Assembly: GCA_003056145.1 (NCBI GenBank)
Contig: LSNL01000006.1
Span: 82,192 to 146,191 of the forward strand
Length of the DNA: 64,000 nt
Direction: 5' to 3'
Origin: Parcubacteria group bacterium M10-OD1-1
GTDB lineage: Bacteria > Patescibacteriota > Minisyncoccia > Moranbacterales > UBA2206
In this document: positions 19,289 to 30,844 of the stretch, one piece after another
Layout of the letters: each line of letters begins with the position of its first letter
Numbering within the stretch: the first letter of the stretch is position 1
Position numbers and translations under genes: made by a program
Notes under the pieces: model-generated
What the model was told of the DNA's origin: nothing
The model's input: only the letters and a program-made list of their open reading frames with translations
The model's database searches: none

Positions 19289-20296
19289 TTATTTAGTCAG
19301 TATTATAATTCTTTTGTATAAATCTAAATTTTCTAAAGCCTTACTAATTCCATTGATAACACAAAATAAAGGATCATCTGCTGTATAACTTGGCACTCCA
19401 ATAGTCTTAGTTATCAATTGATCCAGATTTCTAATAAGGGCCCCTCCTCCCGAAAGAACCATCCCTTTATCCATAATATCCGAAGCTAATTCAGGTGGAG
19501 TTTCTTGCAAAACCTTTTTAATCGCACTAATGATTTCTCTTAATTCATCTTGGATAGCTTCAGTAATTTCATTAGAAGAAATTTTAACTGTTTTTGGCAA
19601 GCCTCCCGTTAAATCTCTACCCCTAACTTCCATATAATCTTCTTTGACTTGAGGAAGAGCAGAACCAATTTTTATCTTTACTTCTTCGGCAGTCCTATCT
19701 CCAATAGCTAGACTATGTTTTCTTTTAATATAATCGGCAATTGCTTGATCAATTTTATTACCTCCCACTCTAGCACTAGTAGCAGAAACAATTCCACCTA
19801 AAGAAATAACCGCTATCTCTGAAGTTCCTCCCCCAACATTGATTATCATATTACCCGAAGCCTTGTTGATTGGAATTCCAGCTCCAATAGCCGCTAACAT
19901 TGGTTCCCTTACAACATAGGCCGTTTTCGCTCCTGCTCTCACTGCTGCATCAATTACCGCTCGTCTTTCCGTAGAAGTTACTCCTACTGGAATAGAAATT
20001 ATTACTTCCGGACGAATTAGTCTAAATTTACCACTTACCTTATTAATAAAATATTTCAGCATTGCTTCGGTAATTCTATAATCTGCAATTACTCCGTCTT
20101 TCATTGGACGACTCGCCATAATTGTATCAGGTGTTCTTCCGAGCATTTCTTTCGCATCATTACCAACCGCCAAAACCTTATTTTCTAAAACAGAAATTGC
20201 CACAACACTTGGTTCATTTGCTACTATCCCTTTACCTGGTACAAAAACCAAAATATTAGCAGTACCTAAATCTATTCCAATTTTTCGCACTAACAT
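19289..20296 (-). CDS. mreB: Rod shape-determining protein MreB
   Basis: IGIDLGTANILVF actin-fold phosphate-1 motif, 335 aa. Confidence 0.9.
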   Translation of the reverse strand: MLVRKIGIDLGTANILVFVPGKGIVANEPSVVAISVLENKVLAVGNDAKEMLGRTPDTIMASRPMKDGVIADYRITEAMLKYFINKVSGKFRLIRPEVIISIPVGVTSTERRAVIDAAVRAGAKTAYVVREPMLAAIGAGIPINKASGNMIINVGGGTSEIAVISLGGIVSATSARVGGNKIDQAIADYIKRKHSLAIGDRTAEEVKIKIGSALPQVKEDYMEVRGRDLTGGLPKTVKISSNEITEAIQDELREIISAIKKVLQETPPELASDIMDKGMVLSGGGALIRNLDQLITKTIGVPSYTADDPLFCVINGISKALENLDLYKRIIILTK

Positions 20297-20450
20297 ATAA
20301 TTCTTATTAAAAAATTATTCACCGAATCTTAATAACCAGCAAGAAAATTTATCATTACCCAATATTGTTATTTTTTCTGCTATATAATCAGCATGAGATA
20401 AGTGTCCCTAAATTTAAAGTTATACCAGCTATTTCTTTTTTTATTATTTT

Positions 20451-21773
20451 TTATTTACAAATATTCTTCTTAGCTAATTCTATCTCAGCCCCCAGTTGAC
20501 CCAACCTCTCTTCCAATTTTTCATATCCGCGATTAATGGAGTAAACATTTCGCAAAATTGATTCCCCGGGAGTCGCCAACATCGCAACTAGAATTATAGC
20601 CGATGGACGCAAAGCTGGTGGACAAATTATCTCTGTTGACTTTAGTTTAGTTGGTCCATCTATATAAACACGATGAGGATCAAGTAATTCTATCTTAGCA
20701 CCTAACCTAGAAAGTTCTGTAAAATAAATAGCTCTATTTTCATACACCCAATCATGAATCAAAGTTCTTCCTTTAGCCATCATAGCGATTGGAACAAAAA
20801 AAGGTAAATTATCAATATTAATACCAGCCGATGATGGAGCAGCTGGATGAATTTTTTCATCTAACGCTTTTAATTCAGAATTATAAGTTTGGATATCTAC
20901 TAACTGAGTTTTGTTATTTTTAGCTAAATATTCTTTAACAATTTTATACTGAAAACCCATCTTAGAAAGTTTCAAAAGTTCCAATTCTAAAAATTCAATC
21001 GGACATCTCTTAATTAGAATTTCACTCTTAGTGCAGATAGCTAGAGAAAAAAAGAACATAGCCTCAATAGGATCTTCACTAATTTCATAATTAACATCTT
21101 CCTCTATTTTAGTTTTTCCTTTAATCTCTAAAGTCATCGTGCCAATTCCTTTAATTTTTACTCCCAGTTTTTCCAAAAAGAAACAAAGGTCTTGTACCAT
21201 ATAATTAGCTGAAGCTAATTTAATAACGGTTTTACCAGGAATTTGGGCAGCTACCAAAATAGCATTCTCAGTGGCTGTATCTCCCGCCTCATACATAACA
21301 ATTTTTTTTTCGGCTTGTAATTTTTCTGAAGTCACTAAAAAACTATCAGATTGACTCTCAATATTCATTCCAAAATTTTCCAAAGCAAATAGATGAGACC
21401 TGATAGTTCTACTACCTAATTTACAACCACCTGGTTGAGGAATTTCATAGGATTTCATTCGACTAGCTAAAGCACCGACCATTAAAATTATTGACCGTGT
21501 TTTCATAGCTGCATCTTGATCAATTTTAGCTAATTGAATTTCTTCAGGCACTTCAATAACTAAGTCTCTGCCTTTCTTTTCAATTTTAACACCAATACTC
21601 TTTAAAACTTCTACTAATCGGCTAACTTCCTCAATCTGAGGAATATTCTTTAAAGTAGTCTTCCCATAATTAATAAGTGAAGCCATTAGTAACGCAACGG
21701 CAGCATTCTTAGAAGAGTTAACACTAATAGCCCCTTTTAATTTTTTTCCTCCATTTATCTTAAAATACTCCAT
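20451..21773 (-). CDS. murA: UDP-N-acetylglucosamine 1-carboxyvinyltransferase
   Basis: 440-aa EPSP-synthase-fold protein. The N-terminus F.I.GG..L.G...V..SKNA is typical of MurA. Confidence 0.85.
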   Translation of the reverse strand: MEYFKINGGKKLKGAISVNSSKNAAVALLMASLINYGKTTLKNIPQIEEVSRLVEVLKSIGVKIEKKGRDLVIEVPEEIQLAKIDQDAAMKTRSIILMVGALASRMKSYEIPQPGGCKLGSRTIRSHLFALENFGMNIESQSDSFLVTSEKLQAEKKIVMYEAGDTATENAILVAAQIPGKTVIKLASANYMVQDLCFFLEKLGVKIKGIGTMTLEIKGKTKIEEDVNYEISEDPIEAMFFFSLAICTKSEILIKRCPIEFLELELLKLSKMGFQYKIVKEYLAKNNKTQLVDIQTYNSELKALDEKIHPAAPSSAGINIDNLPFFVPIAMMAKGRTLIHDWVYENRAIYFTELSRLGAKIELLDPHRVYIDGPTKLKSTEIICPPALRPSAIILVAMLATPGESILRNVYSINRGYEKLEERLGQLGAEIELAKKNICK

Positions 21774-21955
21774 ATACTTAGCTTAAAATAAAAATAAAAG
21801 CACACATAGACTATACTATATGCAATTCATAAAATCAAATAAAATTATTTCAGAATTATCGAAGATTAGCTCCGATTTAAATTTTCATAAGTGGATTTTC
21901 TGTTAAATTCACTCTAATTCGGTTTTACATATTTTGAATTTTGAACTGGCTATTT

Positions 21956-23137
21956 TTAATTTATCTTTTCCCCATAATTTTTCGCCCAATAAAGAACTCT
22001 GTCACAATACCATTGGTGATTTCCTCCTAAATATCTTTTAGCAGCAGTACATTCCCCACTTCTTCTCGTTGCCCCATCTTTTGCTAATTTTGATGCCATA
22101 GCCATTATACCATCATACACATTCCATGGATCTGGAGGATTATGCCCAATGCGAGAAGCAATTATTGCCTCATATCCTTTCCATGTATCAGACATAAATT
22201 GAGCAACGCCCATTGCTCCACCTGTCCCCAAATAACCTCTTGGAGGACAAGATACCTTTTTCTTTTTATAATTATATCCTAAACTTTTACATATACTTTT
22301 AAATATCGTTTTTCGATAAGAACTCATTCGGCTTTCCTTATAATTGCACCCTCCCGTATATCTTCCTAAATCAGATTCTACTACTAACATTCCCATTATA
22401 AAATCTTTTCTAACTCCAGTAGCTTTTGACGCAATTTTAGCCGCGTTCTTAATATCATGCATACTGACACTACCTCCTAACAAAGAGGATAAGCGATTCC
22501 TTAAAGCATTAATTTTAGCTGTTAATTGCGCTAAAGTTGCCTTGGCTCTTCTGATATTAGAAATTACCCTGACTTGTTCATTTTGTTTAACTACTAAAAT
22601 CTTTTGTTTTTCTATTTTCTTTTTAGCTAATGCCTCTTTAGCTAATGCTAGCTCTTTTTTATTTTGACTTATATCTCCAATCACTGAAAGAATTTTTTCT
22701 TTAACATTAATTATTTGGTCAAAATTTCCAGAAAGATCATTCAAAAAACCTCTAGAGAGAACAAAATTTATAACAGGATTATTAGAGTTATCAAAAGACA
22801 TTTCTTGAATATAACTTTTTAAAATTTGTTTATTTAATTTTATTCTCTTATTCAAGTTTTGAATAACTTTTTCTTTTCTTTCTATTTCTTTTTGGGTTTT
22901 AGTAATTACACTTTGAGTGCTAACTATTTGACTTTGATTAATATTATATTGATTTTGATTAACGACAACTTGTTTTTTAGTTTCTTTTATTTGATTAGTA
23001 GCTTTGCTTATAGATTTTTTAGCTTTATAAATATCACCCGCTTGAGCCTGATTTAAGAAAAAATGAAAAATAAAAACAACAATAATGATTGTTAATAAGC
23101 TAACAAATATTTTTTTTATCCAGCAAAATCGTTTCAT
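21956..23137 (-). CDS. Membrane-anchored coiled-coil protein with C-terminal lytic transglycosylase-like domain
   Basis: N-terminal TM, a long Q/K-rich coiled coil, and a C-terminal GGAMGVAQFMSDTW resembling the MltB-type GAMGQ.QFMP motif. Confidence 0.55.
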   Translation of the reverse strand: MKRFCWIKKIFVSLLTIIIVVFIFHFFLNQAQAGDIYKAKKSISKATNQIKETKKQVVVNQNQYNINQSQIVSTQSVITKTQKEIERKEKVIQNLNKRIKLNKQILKSYIQEMSFDNSNNPVINFVLSRGFLNDLSGNFDQIINVKEKILSVIGDISQNKKELALAKEALAKKKIEKQKILVVKQNEQVRVISNIRRAKATLAQLTAKINALRNRLSSLLGGSVSMHDIKNAAKIASKATGVRKDFIMGMLVVESDLGRYTGGCNYKESRMSSYRKTIFKSICKSLGYNYKKKKVSCPPRGYLGTGGAMGVAQFMSDTWKGYEAIIASRIGHNPPDPWNVYDGIMAMASKLAKDGATRRSGECTAAKRYLGGNHQWYCDRVLYWAKNYGEKIN

Positions 23138-23160
23138 AACTTTATTATATCAAACTTTTC

Positions 23161-23199
23161 AAAAATTAAAACCACCCTATTTTACTAGGATGGTTTTTA
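23161..23199 (-). terminator. Rho-independent terminator downstream of rplY
   Basis: Hairpin aaccaccct/aggatggtt with a T-rich tract on the minus strand. Confidence 0.4.
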
Positions 23200-23223
23200 T
23201 TATAAGAAACAGATAAATAAAAA

Positions 23224-23904
23224 TTATTTTTTCTCTCCTACTTTTTCTTTTTTATTTTCTTCTTCGGCTGGAGCCTCTTTCTCAACTCCTTCTACCTTAG
23301 AAACATCTATCTTAACTTCTCCTTCTAAGCTTTCCATTTCAGCTTCTGATCTTGGAGGAGTAGCTAAAACTACTACCGTTTCAGGCTCAATATCAATTTT
23401 CACTTTATTAGAAATAGCTAAATCCTTAATGCAAATACGATCATCAAAAGTTTTAATCTTAGTAAGATCCACTTTAATCTCAGATGGTAAATCTCCAGGC
23501 AAACATTTGACCGTTACTTCATCTAAGTTCTTTACCAAAATACCGCCCTGTTCCTTTACTACTGGTGGTTCACCGATATAAACTAATTCTACAGCCGTTT
23601 CAATTTCTTCATCCATCTTAACTTGGAAAAAATCAGCATGAATAAAATCTCCCGATAGAGGATCCTTTTGAGTCTCATAAATAATAACATTCTTTTTTTC
23701 TTTTTCATCAATTACTAATTCAATCATTGTACTTTCTCCAAATTCTTTGAATAATTTTTTTAAATCATACGCCTTAACCCAAAGACTTTTTGACTTTTCT
23801 GTCCGTCCATAAACTACAGCCGGAACCAATCCTTCTTTCTTTCCTTTTTTAGTTTTTCTTCCGAAAACATCTCTTGTTTTAACAAAAATATTAGCTTTTT
23901 TCAT
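23224..23904 (-). CDS. rplY: 50S ribosomal protein L25 / general stress protein Ctc
   Basis: Typical L25 N-terminus R...GK....R..G.VPAVVYG. The protein is 226 aa with an acidic C-terminal tail, the Ctc form. Confidence 0.8.
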   Translation of the reverse strand: MKKANIFVKTRDVFGRKTKKGKKEGLVPAVVYGRTEKSKSLWVKAYDLKKLFKEFGESTMIELVIDEKEKKNVIIYETQKDPLSGDFIHADFFQVKMDEEIETAVELVYIGEPPVVKEQGGILVKNLDEVTVKCLPGDLPSEIKVDLTKIKTFDDRICIKDLAISNKVKIDIEPETVVVLATPPRSEAEMESLEGEVKIDVSKVEGVEKEAPAEEENKKEKVGEKK

Positions 23905-23973
23905 ATACTTGACACTCTACCTGTTCTAAATATTTTTTAGTTTATAGAACCTCTCAAGTGATTAAAAATTAAA

Positions 23974-24267
23974 TTAAAATTTTTCTATTGTTTTATAAAT
24001 ATCAATTATCTCATCAGAACTAATAGCTTTCATTTGCAATTTTTCTTTGACTTCTTGCTGATCTAAATCAGTTATTATTCCCATTCCTAAAAATCCTTTT
24101 TGTTCATCTGACAAAACTATCAAGGCTGAAGTATGACATTGAGAGCAAGTAGTATGTAAGATGACTTTTCCTTCTTGCTGAGAAATTAAAATAGCATCTT
24201 TTTTACTAAACTCTTTTCTGCAAATTGAGCAACTGGATAGTGGCCCTAAATTATTTTCTTTTTCCAT
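23974..24267 (-). CDS. Small putative zinc-ribbon protein
   Basis: CSIC...TTCSQCH tetra-Cys/His arrangement in a 97-aa ORF. Confidence 0.4.
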   Translation of the reverse strand: MEKENNLGPLSSCSICRKEFSKKDAILISQQEGKVILHTTCSQCHTSALIVLSDEQKGFLGMGIITDLDQQEVKEKLQMKAISSDEIIDIYKTIEKF

Positions 24268-24357
24268 TTTTTTTAACTACTCTTTTAAAAATTAAAGTAC
24301 TTAATCCTTCGCCTCTCAATTGTAAAATTCTAGCATATTGTCATAATTAGTCAATTT

Positions 24358-25446
24358 TTATCTTACTTTAATTCTCCTCAGATAAATACTTTGAATTATT
24401 CCTAATGAGACCAAAGTTACTACCATTGAGCTACCTCCATAGCTTAATAGAGGCAATGGAACTCCCGCTACTGGCATAACCCCAATATTCATACCAATAT
24501 TAATTAGTAGCTGAAAGAAAAGCATCGCCATAATCCCCATAGCAATTAAATAACCAAAATTATCTCTAGCTAATTTAGCCGTATTGTGAATTCGCCAAAA
24601 AATAATACCAAAAATTATAAAAACTGAAAGAGATCCTATAAATCCTAACTCTTCGGCAATAACTGCAAAAATAAAATCAGTTTTTTTCTCCGGTAAAAAA
24701 TTAAGTTGTGATTGAGAACCATGACCCAATCCCTTGCCAAATACCCCCCCCGACCCAACAGCTATTATTGATTGAAGCACATTGTATCCACTTCCTCGCG
24801 GATCATTTTCCGGCTTGACAAAATTTACAATTCTCTCTTTTTGATAAGGCCTTAAAAAGAACCAACTACTAGAAGAAATCACTAAGCCAATTGTTATCAA
24901 AATAAAAAGAGTTTTTTTGTTTAGCCCAGCTAGAGATAATAGAACTGCCCAACTTGCTATAATAATCATAGCCGATCCAAAATCAGGTTGTTTCATTATT
25001 AAAAAAATAGGAAAAAAAACTAGAATAGTCGATACAATAATTCTAACTACGATACTAAGTTGAGTGCGTTTTTTACTTAAGAAACTAGCTAAAAAAATAA
25101 TCATAATTATTTTAGCTATTTCTACTGGTTGAATATGATAAGAATAAAAACCAATCCAGCCAGTTGTTCCCCTAATAGTTGTACCGATTAAAATAACTAG
25201 TCCTAATAATAACAACATCAAAACATACAATTTTGTGCTATATAAATTTAAAACCCGATAATCAAAAAAAGCTAGAAAAAACATTAAACCCAAACCAATA
25301 CCAATAGAAACTAATTGTTTTTGTAAGCTAGCTACATCTAAACCAATTCCACCGTAAGAAATACTATAAAGAGCTAAAAAACCAATTATCAAAAGTAAAA
25401 AAATACTCACTAATAAAATCCAATCCAATTTAAAAAATTTATTCAT
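24358..25446 (-). CDS. rodA: SEDS family peptidoglycan glycosyltransferase (RodA/FtsW)
   Basis: 10-TM protein with the FtsW/RodA/SpoVE pattern (PDFGSA..., GSGG.FGKGLG.G.Q). It sits in the mreB/murA neighbourhood, so RodA is the likelier assignment. Confidence 0.75.
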   Translation of the reverse strand: MNKFFKLDWILLVSIFLLLIIGFLALYSISYGGIGLDVASLQKQLVSIGIGLGLMFFLAFFDYRVLNLYSTKLYVLMLLLLGLVILIGTTIRGTTGWIGFYSYHIQPVEIAKIIMIIFLASFLSKKRTQLSIVVRIIVSTILVFFPIFLIMKQPDFGSAMIIIASWAVLLSLAGLNKKTLFILITIGLVISSSSWFFLRPYQKERIVNFVKPENDPRGSGYNVLQSIIAVGSGGVFGKGLGHGSQSQLNFLPEKKTDFIFAVIAEELGFIGSLSVFIIFGIIFWRIHNTAKLARDNFGYLIAMGIMAMLFFQLLINIGMNIGVMPVAGVPLPLLSYGGSSMVVTLVSLGIIQSIYLRRIKVR

Positions 25447-25475
25447 AGCCTATATTTTTCAATCCTACTAACTCA

Positions 25476-26300
25476 CTAGTATTGCTGAAATTTATGTGAT
25501 TGATAAGATTTTTTTAAGAAGCTACCTGAGTTAAAAACATTTACTTCTGCTTGTGTTTCCATATTTCCTACCACTCCTGAAAAACGAATAGGCCAAAAAA
25601 CTCTAAAGTCTCTTTCCTCTCTTGAATTAACAGTATTCATAACAGTGGAATTAAGTGCAACTACATTACCTTGATTATTTTTTAAAATAACATCTATTTT
25701 TATCTGATTAAAATCATACGGACTATCATTTTTTAAGAGACCCTTCGCTTCAGCAAACCCCACACCATTAGAAATTTCATTATAATTTTTATTAATAATT
25801 TTTATATCTGGTCTTTCATAGTATTTATTGAATTGCATCCAATCAGAATTTTTAATTTTAATTTCAGCTGAAACTGGCTTTTGGCTAGGAGTAAAGCTAC
25901 TTTCAATAATATATTTTTTTTCTCCTGGTAAAATGAAATTAGAACCTTCCCTTTGAGCAACAATTTTACCTTGAGCATTTTTTAATTTTATTTGATAAAC
26001 AAATTTTTTACTACCAAAGACAGAATTAGGATTAGTTATTTGAGAATAAAAATCATACTTACCCACTATTCCAGAAGGAACTATTCCAGTTTTACCAATT
26101 ATCAATTTTTGAGCACTAATTTTTTGACATTCCTTCAGACAAATCCCACCACAATCAATACCTACTTCGTTTTGATTTTTAACTCCGTCTGTACAAGTTT
26201 CCTTAGGTTTTAATAACAAATACAAAGATAAAATTAAAAAAATAAACAGAATTAAATAAACGCCTACGATAATAATTTTTTTTCTTTGAATTCTTTCCAT
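25476..26300 (-). CDS. Hypothetical membrane-anchored, Cys-containing extracytoplasmic protein
   Basis: N-terminal TM followed by a CTDG...IDCGGICLKEC cluster. No family recognised. Confidence 0.45.
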   Translation of the reverse strand: MERIQRKKIIIVGVYLILFIFLILSLYLLLKPKETCTDGVKNQNEVGIDCGGICLKECQKISAQKLIIGKTGIVPSGIVGKYDFYSQITNPNSVFGSKKFVYQIKLKNAQGKIVAQREGSNFILPGEKKYIIESSFTPSQKPVSAEIKIKNSDWMQFNKYYERPDIKIINKNYNEISNGVGFAEAKGLLKNDSPYDFNQIKIDVILKNNQGNVVALNSTVMNTVNSREERDFRVFWPIRFSGVVGNMETQAEVNVFNSGSFLKKSYQSHKFQQY

Positions 26301-26450
26301 AAAATTATTCTAACATAAAGATCAGCTTTCGGAAAATAATTTAAATTAATTTATTACTAACTTAACTATTTTTTAAAAACTAATCTCAAAATTAAATTTT
26401 ATCTACTTTCTTCTTGAATTTATTAATTCACTACATAAAAAAGAGTATTA

Positions 26451-26623
26451 TTTTGGCGGTGACCTACTCTCCCCGCCCAAATTCTTCAAGCTTGAATTAA
26501 AATAAACTCTATTTTAATTTCTCCTTGTTTAAAAAATTTGGGCGGGTACCATCGGAGCTGAAGTGCTTAACGACTGAGTTCGGAATGGAATCAGGTGTGA
26601 CCACTTCGCTAGAACCACCAAAA
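26451..26623 (-). rRNA. rrf: 5S rRNA with an expanded internal helix
   Basis: The reverse complement aligns to bacterial 5S (GGCGGTGACCTACTCTC...TACCATCGGAGCTGAAGTGC...GAGTTCGGAATGGAATCAGGTG...). Between CTCTC and TACCATCGG sit 77 nt (26471-26547), versus 19 nt in E. coli. Confidence 0.8.
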
Positions 26624-27303
26624 TAATACTCTCTTTTATTGTCGATAAAAACATTAGAATGCTTTTATCACTGGTGAAAAAAACATAAAAAATGTAATTG
26701 TCATCATAATAACTGTAAAAATTGTGAAAATAAACTTAAAACTTTTTTTATAATTTTTCATAATTTAGCAACCTTTATAAATAACTAATCTCCACTTAAA
26801 TTTTATTTACAAAAAAATAAATTCAGTTTTGATATAAGTTATTTAGCAAATTTAGAAATTGTTAACTACTAACTAGTGTAACATATAACACGCAATATGA
26901 ACAACCAAAGTCATTCGTATTTTGTGTTTTATGCTACACAAAAAAACAAGAGAGATAATGTTCAATTTATTAGTATCTCTCGGCTAAAATTGATCACTCA
27001 ACTTACACCTGAGACCTATCAACCTGGTCATCTTCCAGGAAATTGACACAAGCAAGCTTGTGTGTTGCCTAATCTTAAGGGGGGCTTCCCGCTTATATGC
27101 TTTCAGCGGTTATCCTGTCCAAACGTAGCTACCCAACAGTGCTCCTGGCGGAACAGCTGGTACACCAGAGGTTTGTTCTTTCCGGTCCTCTCGTACTAGG
27201 AAAAACTCCTTTCAAGCAACAACGCCCACAGCAGATAGGAGACCAACCTGTCTCACGACGGTTTGAACCCAGCTCGCGTACCGCTTTAATTGGCGAACAG
27301 CCA

Positions 27304-27363
<60 letters not shown>

Positions 27364-27389
27364 CTCCGTCGATGTGGACTCTTGGGAGG

Positions 27390-27422
<33 letters not shown>

Positions 27423-27583
27423 TGATGATCTTCTGCGCACCTATATGCGACAGTCGGTTCACTAAATTCTACTTTCGTAACTGATCGACTTATGAGTCTT
27501 GCAGTAAAGCTGGCTTATGCTTTTGCACTATCACTTCGATTTCCATCCGAAGCTAGCCAACCTTTGTAAACGCCTCCGTTGCC

Positions 27584-27616
<33 letters not shown>

Positions 27617-27639
27617 ACCAGGCACTGTTCCCGGACTGG

Positions 27640-27757
27640 TATGAATAACCAAAACTTTTTTGAATTTTTATTGAACCGCAAATACAATATATACAAACTT
27701 AACTTGAATTTTATTGTTCTTTGCCAGTTCAATTATAAGTTTTAAGTAACTCATAAC
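27640..27757 (-). other. ~115-nt AT-rich expansion inside the 23S rRNA 3' domain (roughly E. coli H98 region)
   Basis: Flanked by pairing arms ggactg (27633-27638) and cagtcc (27758-27763). E. coli has ~45 nt here; this sequence has ~155 nt. Confidence 0.6.
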
Positions 27758-28756
27758 AGTCCAGGGTTAGAATTTAAAATTACACAGAGTGGTATTACAC
27801 TGATGACTCCATTTTGACCGAAATCAAAACTTCAAAGTCTCCCACCTATACTAGGCAGTATAACCTCAAATTCAATACCAAGTTGTAGTAAAGCTCCACG
27901 GGGTCTTTTCGTCTTGCTGCAGGTCGACGGCATCTTTACCGCCATTGCAATTTCACCGAGCTCTTCGTTAAGACAGTTACCAAGTCGTTACACCTTTCAT
28001 GCAGGTCAGAACTTACCTGACAAGGAATTTCGCTACCTTAGAACGATTATAGTTATCGCTGACGTTCACTGGCGCTTCGGAGATTGGCTTGCACCGCTCT
28101 CGTTAACGTTCCAGCACTGGTCAGGTGTCAGCCCCTATACTTCCCCTTACGGGTTTGCAGAGACTTGTGTTTTTGATAAACAGTCGCTTGGTATCTTTAG
28201 CTGCGGCCAACTTTATCGAAATAAAATCGGCAGTCCATATTCCTAAGTTACGGACGCTGTTTTGCCGAGTTCCTCAACGAAGGTTCACTCGTTCACCTTG
28301 GGCTACTCGCCCTGTCTACCTGTGTTGGTTTTAGTACGGTTTCAATATTATTAACCTTAGAAGTTTTTCCTGGCACCTTGCTCATTTTTGTTCTCTCACT
28401 AAAAAGTGAGATTCCAGAAATACCTTGAAGTATTGTTGAACGGATTTGCCTATTCAACCTTCTTAGTATCCCTACCGAAATCCAATAATCGGCAAAAACT
28501 ACTAAAATGCGTCGCTCCATCGTATAATATCAAAGTCACGGAGTATTAACCGTGTGTCCATCGACTACGCCTTTCGGCCTCGCCTTAGGCCCGACTAACC
28601 CTGGGATGATTGTCATTGCCCAGGAAACCTTAGACTTTCGGTGTTGGGGGTTCTCACCCCAATTGCGGTTACTAATTCCAGCATTCTCACTTCCATAAAC
28701 TCCAGAGTGGCTCACGCCTGCTCCTTCAACGCGTATGGAACGCTTCCCTACCACTT

Positions 28757-28878
28757 CCGTGTTTCACTATTACTCACCACAAAAATTATTTTTCTATCAT
28801 TTTTTTAAATCAAAAAAACTTAAAAATTAAATAAAATAATTTAAAATTAAATTGTGTTGAACACTAGTGAAACACGGG
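28757..28878 (-). other. ~100-nt AT-rich hairpin expansion inside 23S rRNA domain II (roughly E. coli H45 region, just 5' of GGTAGGGGAGCGTTC)
   Basis: Arms ccgtgtttcact (28757-28768) and agtgaaacacgg (28867-28878) enclose a >90% AT core. Confidence 0.6.
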
Positions 28879-30433
28879 AATTCGCATCTTCGGTACTATG
28901 TTTGAGCCCCGTTATATTTTCGGCGCAAGGCCTCTAGGCTAGTGAGCTGTTACGCACTCTTTAAAGGATTGCTGCTTCTGAGCCAACCTCCTAGATGTAT
29001 AAGAAGCCTTACTTCCTTTTCCACTTAACATAGATTTTGGGACCTTAGATTGCGATCTGGGCTGTTTCCCTTTTGAAATCCGAGCTTAGCCCCGGATTTC
29101 TGACTGTTGGGATAATTATTTCGGAATTCGGAGTTTGGTTGAGAATCCTACGGCGAACCGCGAATCCTCATTCAGTAGCTCTACCTCCGAAACATAGTTA
29201 ACCCAACGCTAGCCCTAAAGCTATTTCGGGAAGAACCAGCTATCGCCAAGCTCGATTGGAATTTCTCCTCTATTCACAAGTCATCCCCCAGTATTGCACA
29301 GCTGGTGGGTTCGGGCCTCCTTTAGGTTTTACCCTAAATTCACCCTGCTCATAAATAGCTCGCCTGGCTTCGGGTCTAGTCCGTGAGACTTTTATTCGGC
29401 GGTTAAGCCTCGCTTTCACTATGGATGCGTAACAAAGTTACTTATCCAAGCCACACAGAACTAACTCGCTGGATCGTTCTACAAAAAGCACGCCATCACC
29501 GATGCAAGCATCGGCTCTGACTCTTCGTTAGCATATGGTTTCAGATACTATTTCATCTCCCTTATCGGGATACTTTTCACCTTTCCCTCACGGTACTTGT
29601 TCGCTATCGATCACCAAAAATATTTAGCCTTGGAGCAATAGTGGCCCCAGATTCAAACGGGATTTCTCCGGTCCCGCCCTACTTGAGAACAATCTCATCA
29701 AAAATAATTTGTTTTCGCCTACAAGACTTTCACTTTCTATGGTTGCTCTTTCCAGAGACATTCCGCTAACAAATTATTTTTCACCCCGATTAAACGAGTA
29801 TGATTGCCTCGCAACCCCAACAATCCGAAGATTGTTGGTTTAGGCTTTTCCCCGTTCGCTCGCCACTACTTAGGGAATCTCAATTGATTTCTTTTCCTCC
29901 AGCTACTAAGATGTTTCAGTTCGCTGGGTACGCTACCCTATCCTATATATTCAGATAGAGTTTCTCTGCTAAAGCAGAGAGGGTTTCCCCATTCGGAGAC
30001 CTCCGGATCAAAGGTTGCTCAGCACCTCCCCGAAGTTTTTCGCAGCTAGCTACGTCCTTCATCGCTTTTTGGTGTCAAGGCATTCACCATATGCATTAGT
30101 ATTACCGCTCTTGTTTATAGTTAGCAGTTAGCAATCACTAAATCACTAACTTAACTATTTTTCTTTTTCTTTTTTCGTTTCATTTGCAATTTTTATTCCA
30201 ATTGACAATTGGAATAAACCTACTTATTCCCAATATTTCGTTGCAAAAAATATTGAGAGACTAATTGTTATTATTTAATTCTATTTCCGCCTAACATTTT
30301 TTTAAATTAAATAATCCAATTAAGACCTATTAAGTTGGTAAAGTTCGTTTGACGCGGAAACTATTTAGTAGTTAAAACTTTTTAATTTAATTACTAAATA
30401 GCTTCAGCACCAGAAAATAAATTTATTGGAATT

Positions 30434-30464
30434 AAAAAACCCGCCTAGGCGGGAACTTTTTTAA
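30434..30464. terminator. Bidirectional rho-independent terminator
   Basis: aaaaaacccgcctaggcgggaactttttt: a perfect cccgcc/ggcggg stem flanked by an A-run and a T-run. It lies downstream of the minus-strand gene at 30845 and upstream of the 23S 5' end. Confidence 0.6.
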
Positions 30465-30844
30465 AAACAAAAAAATCACCCGCTTTTTTTCACTAATTTT
30501 TGAATTAACTTTATCATTAAGTAATTTTTATTTTATACTTTTTTAAGTATAATTTTCTTAAGATGATGTTTCAAAATTTAACGCCTTACTATGATAGCAA
30601 ATTTAAAAAATGTGTCAAGCTCTTAATTAAGAGAATTAAGCTAAATTAATTAATTGATTATATTTTAGCTTTATAGCTGTTTTTAATTGCTTTAATTAAA
30701 TTTTTCAAAATTAACTTTTAGCCTATTTATTTTCTATCTAGCCAGAATAAAAAATTATTTTTTATCTAAAATTTTATTAAAGAGAAACTCTACTAAATAG
30801 AGTTTCTCTTTAATAACTATTCAGATTTTTTAATTTTTAATATT

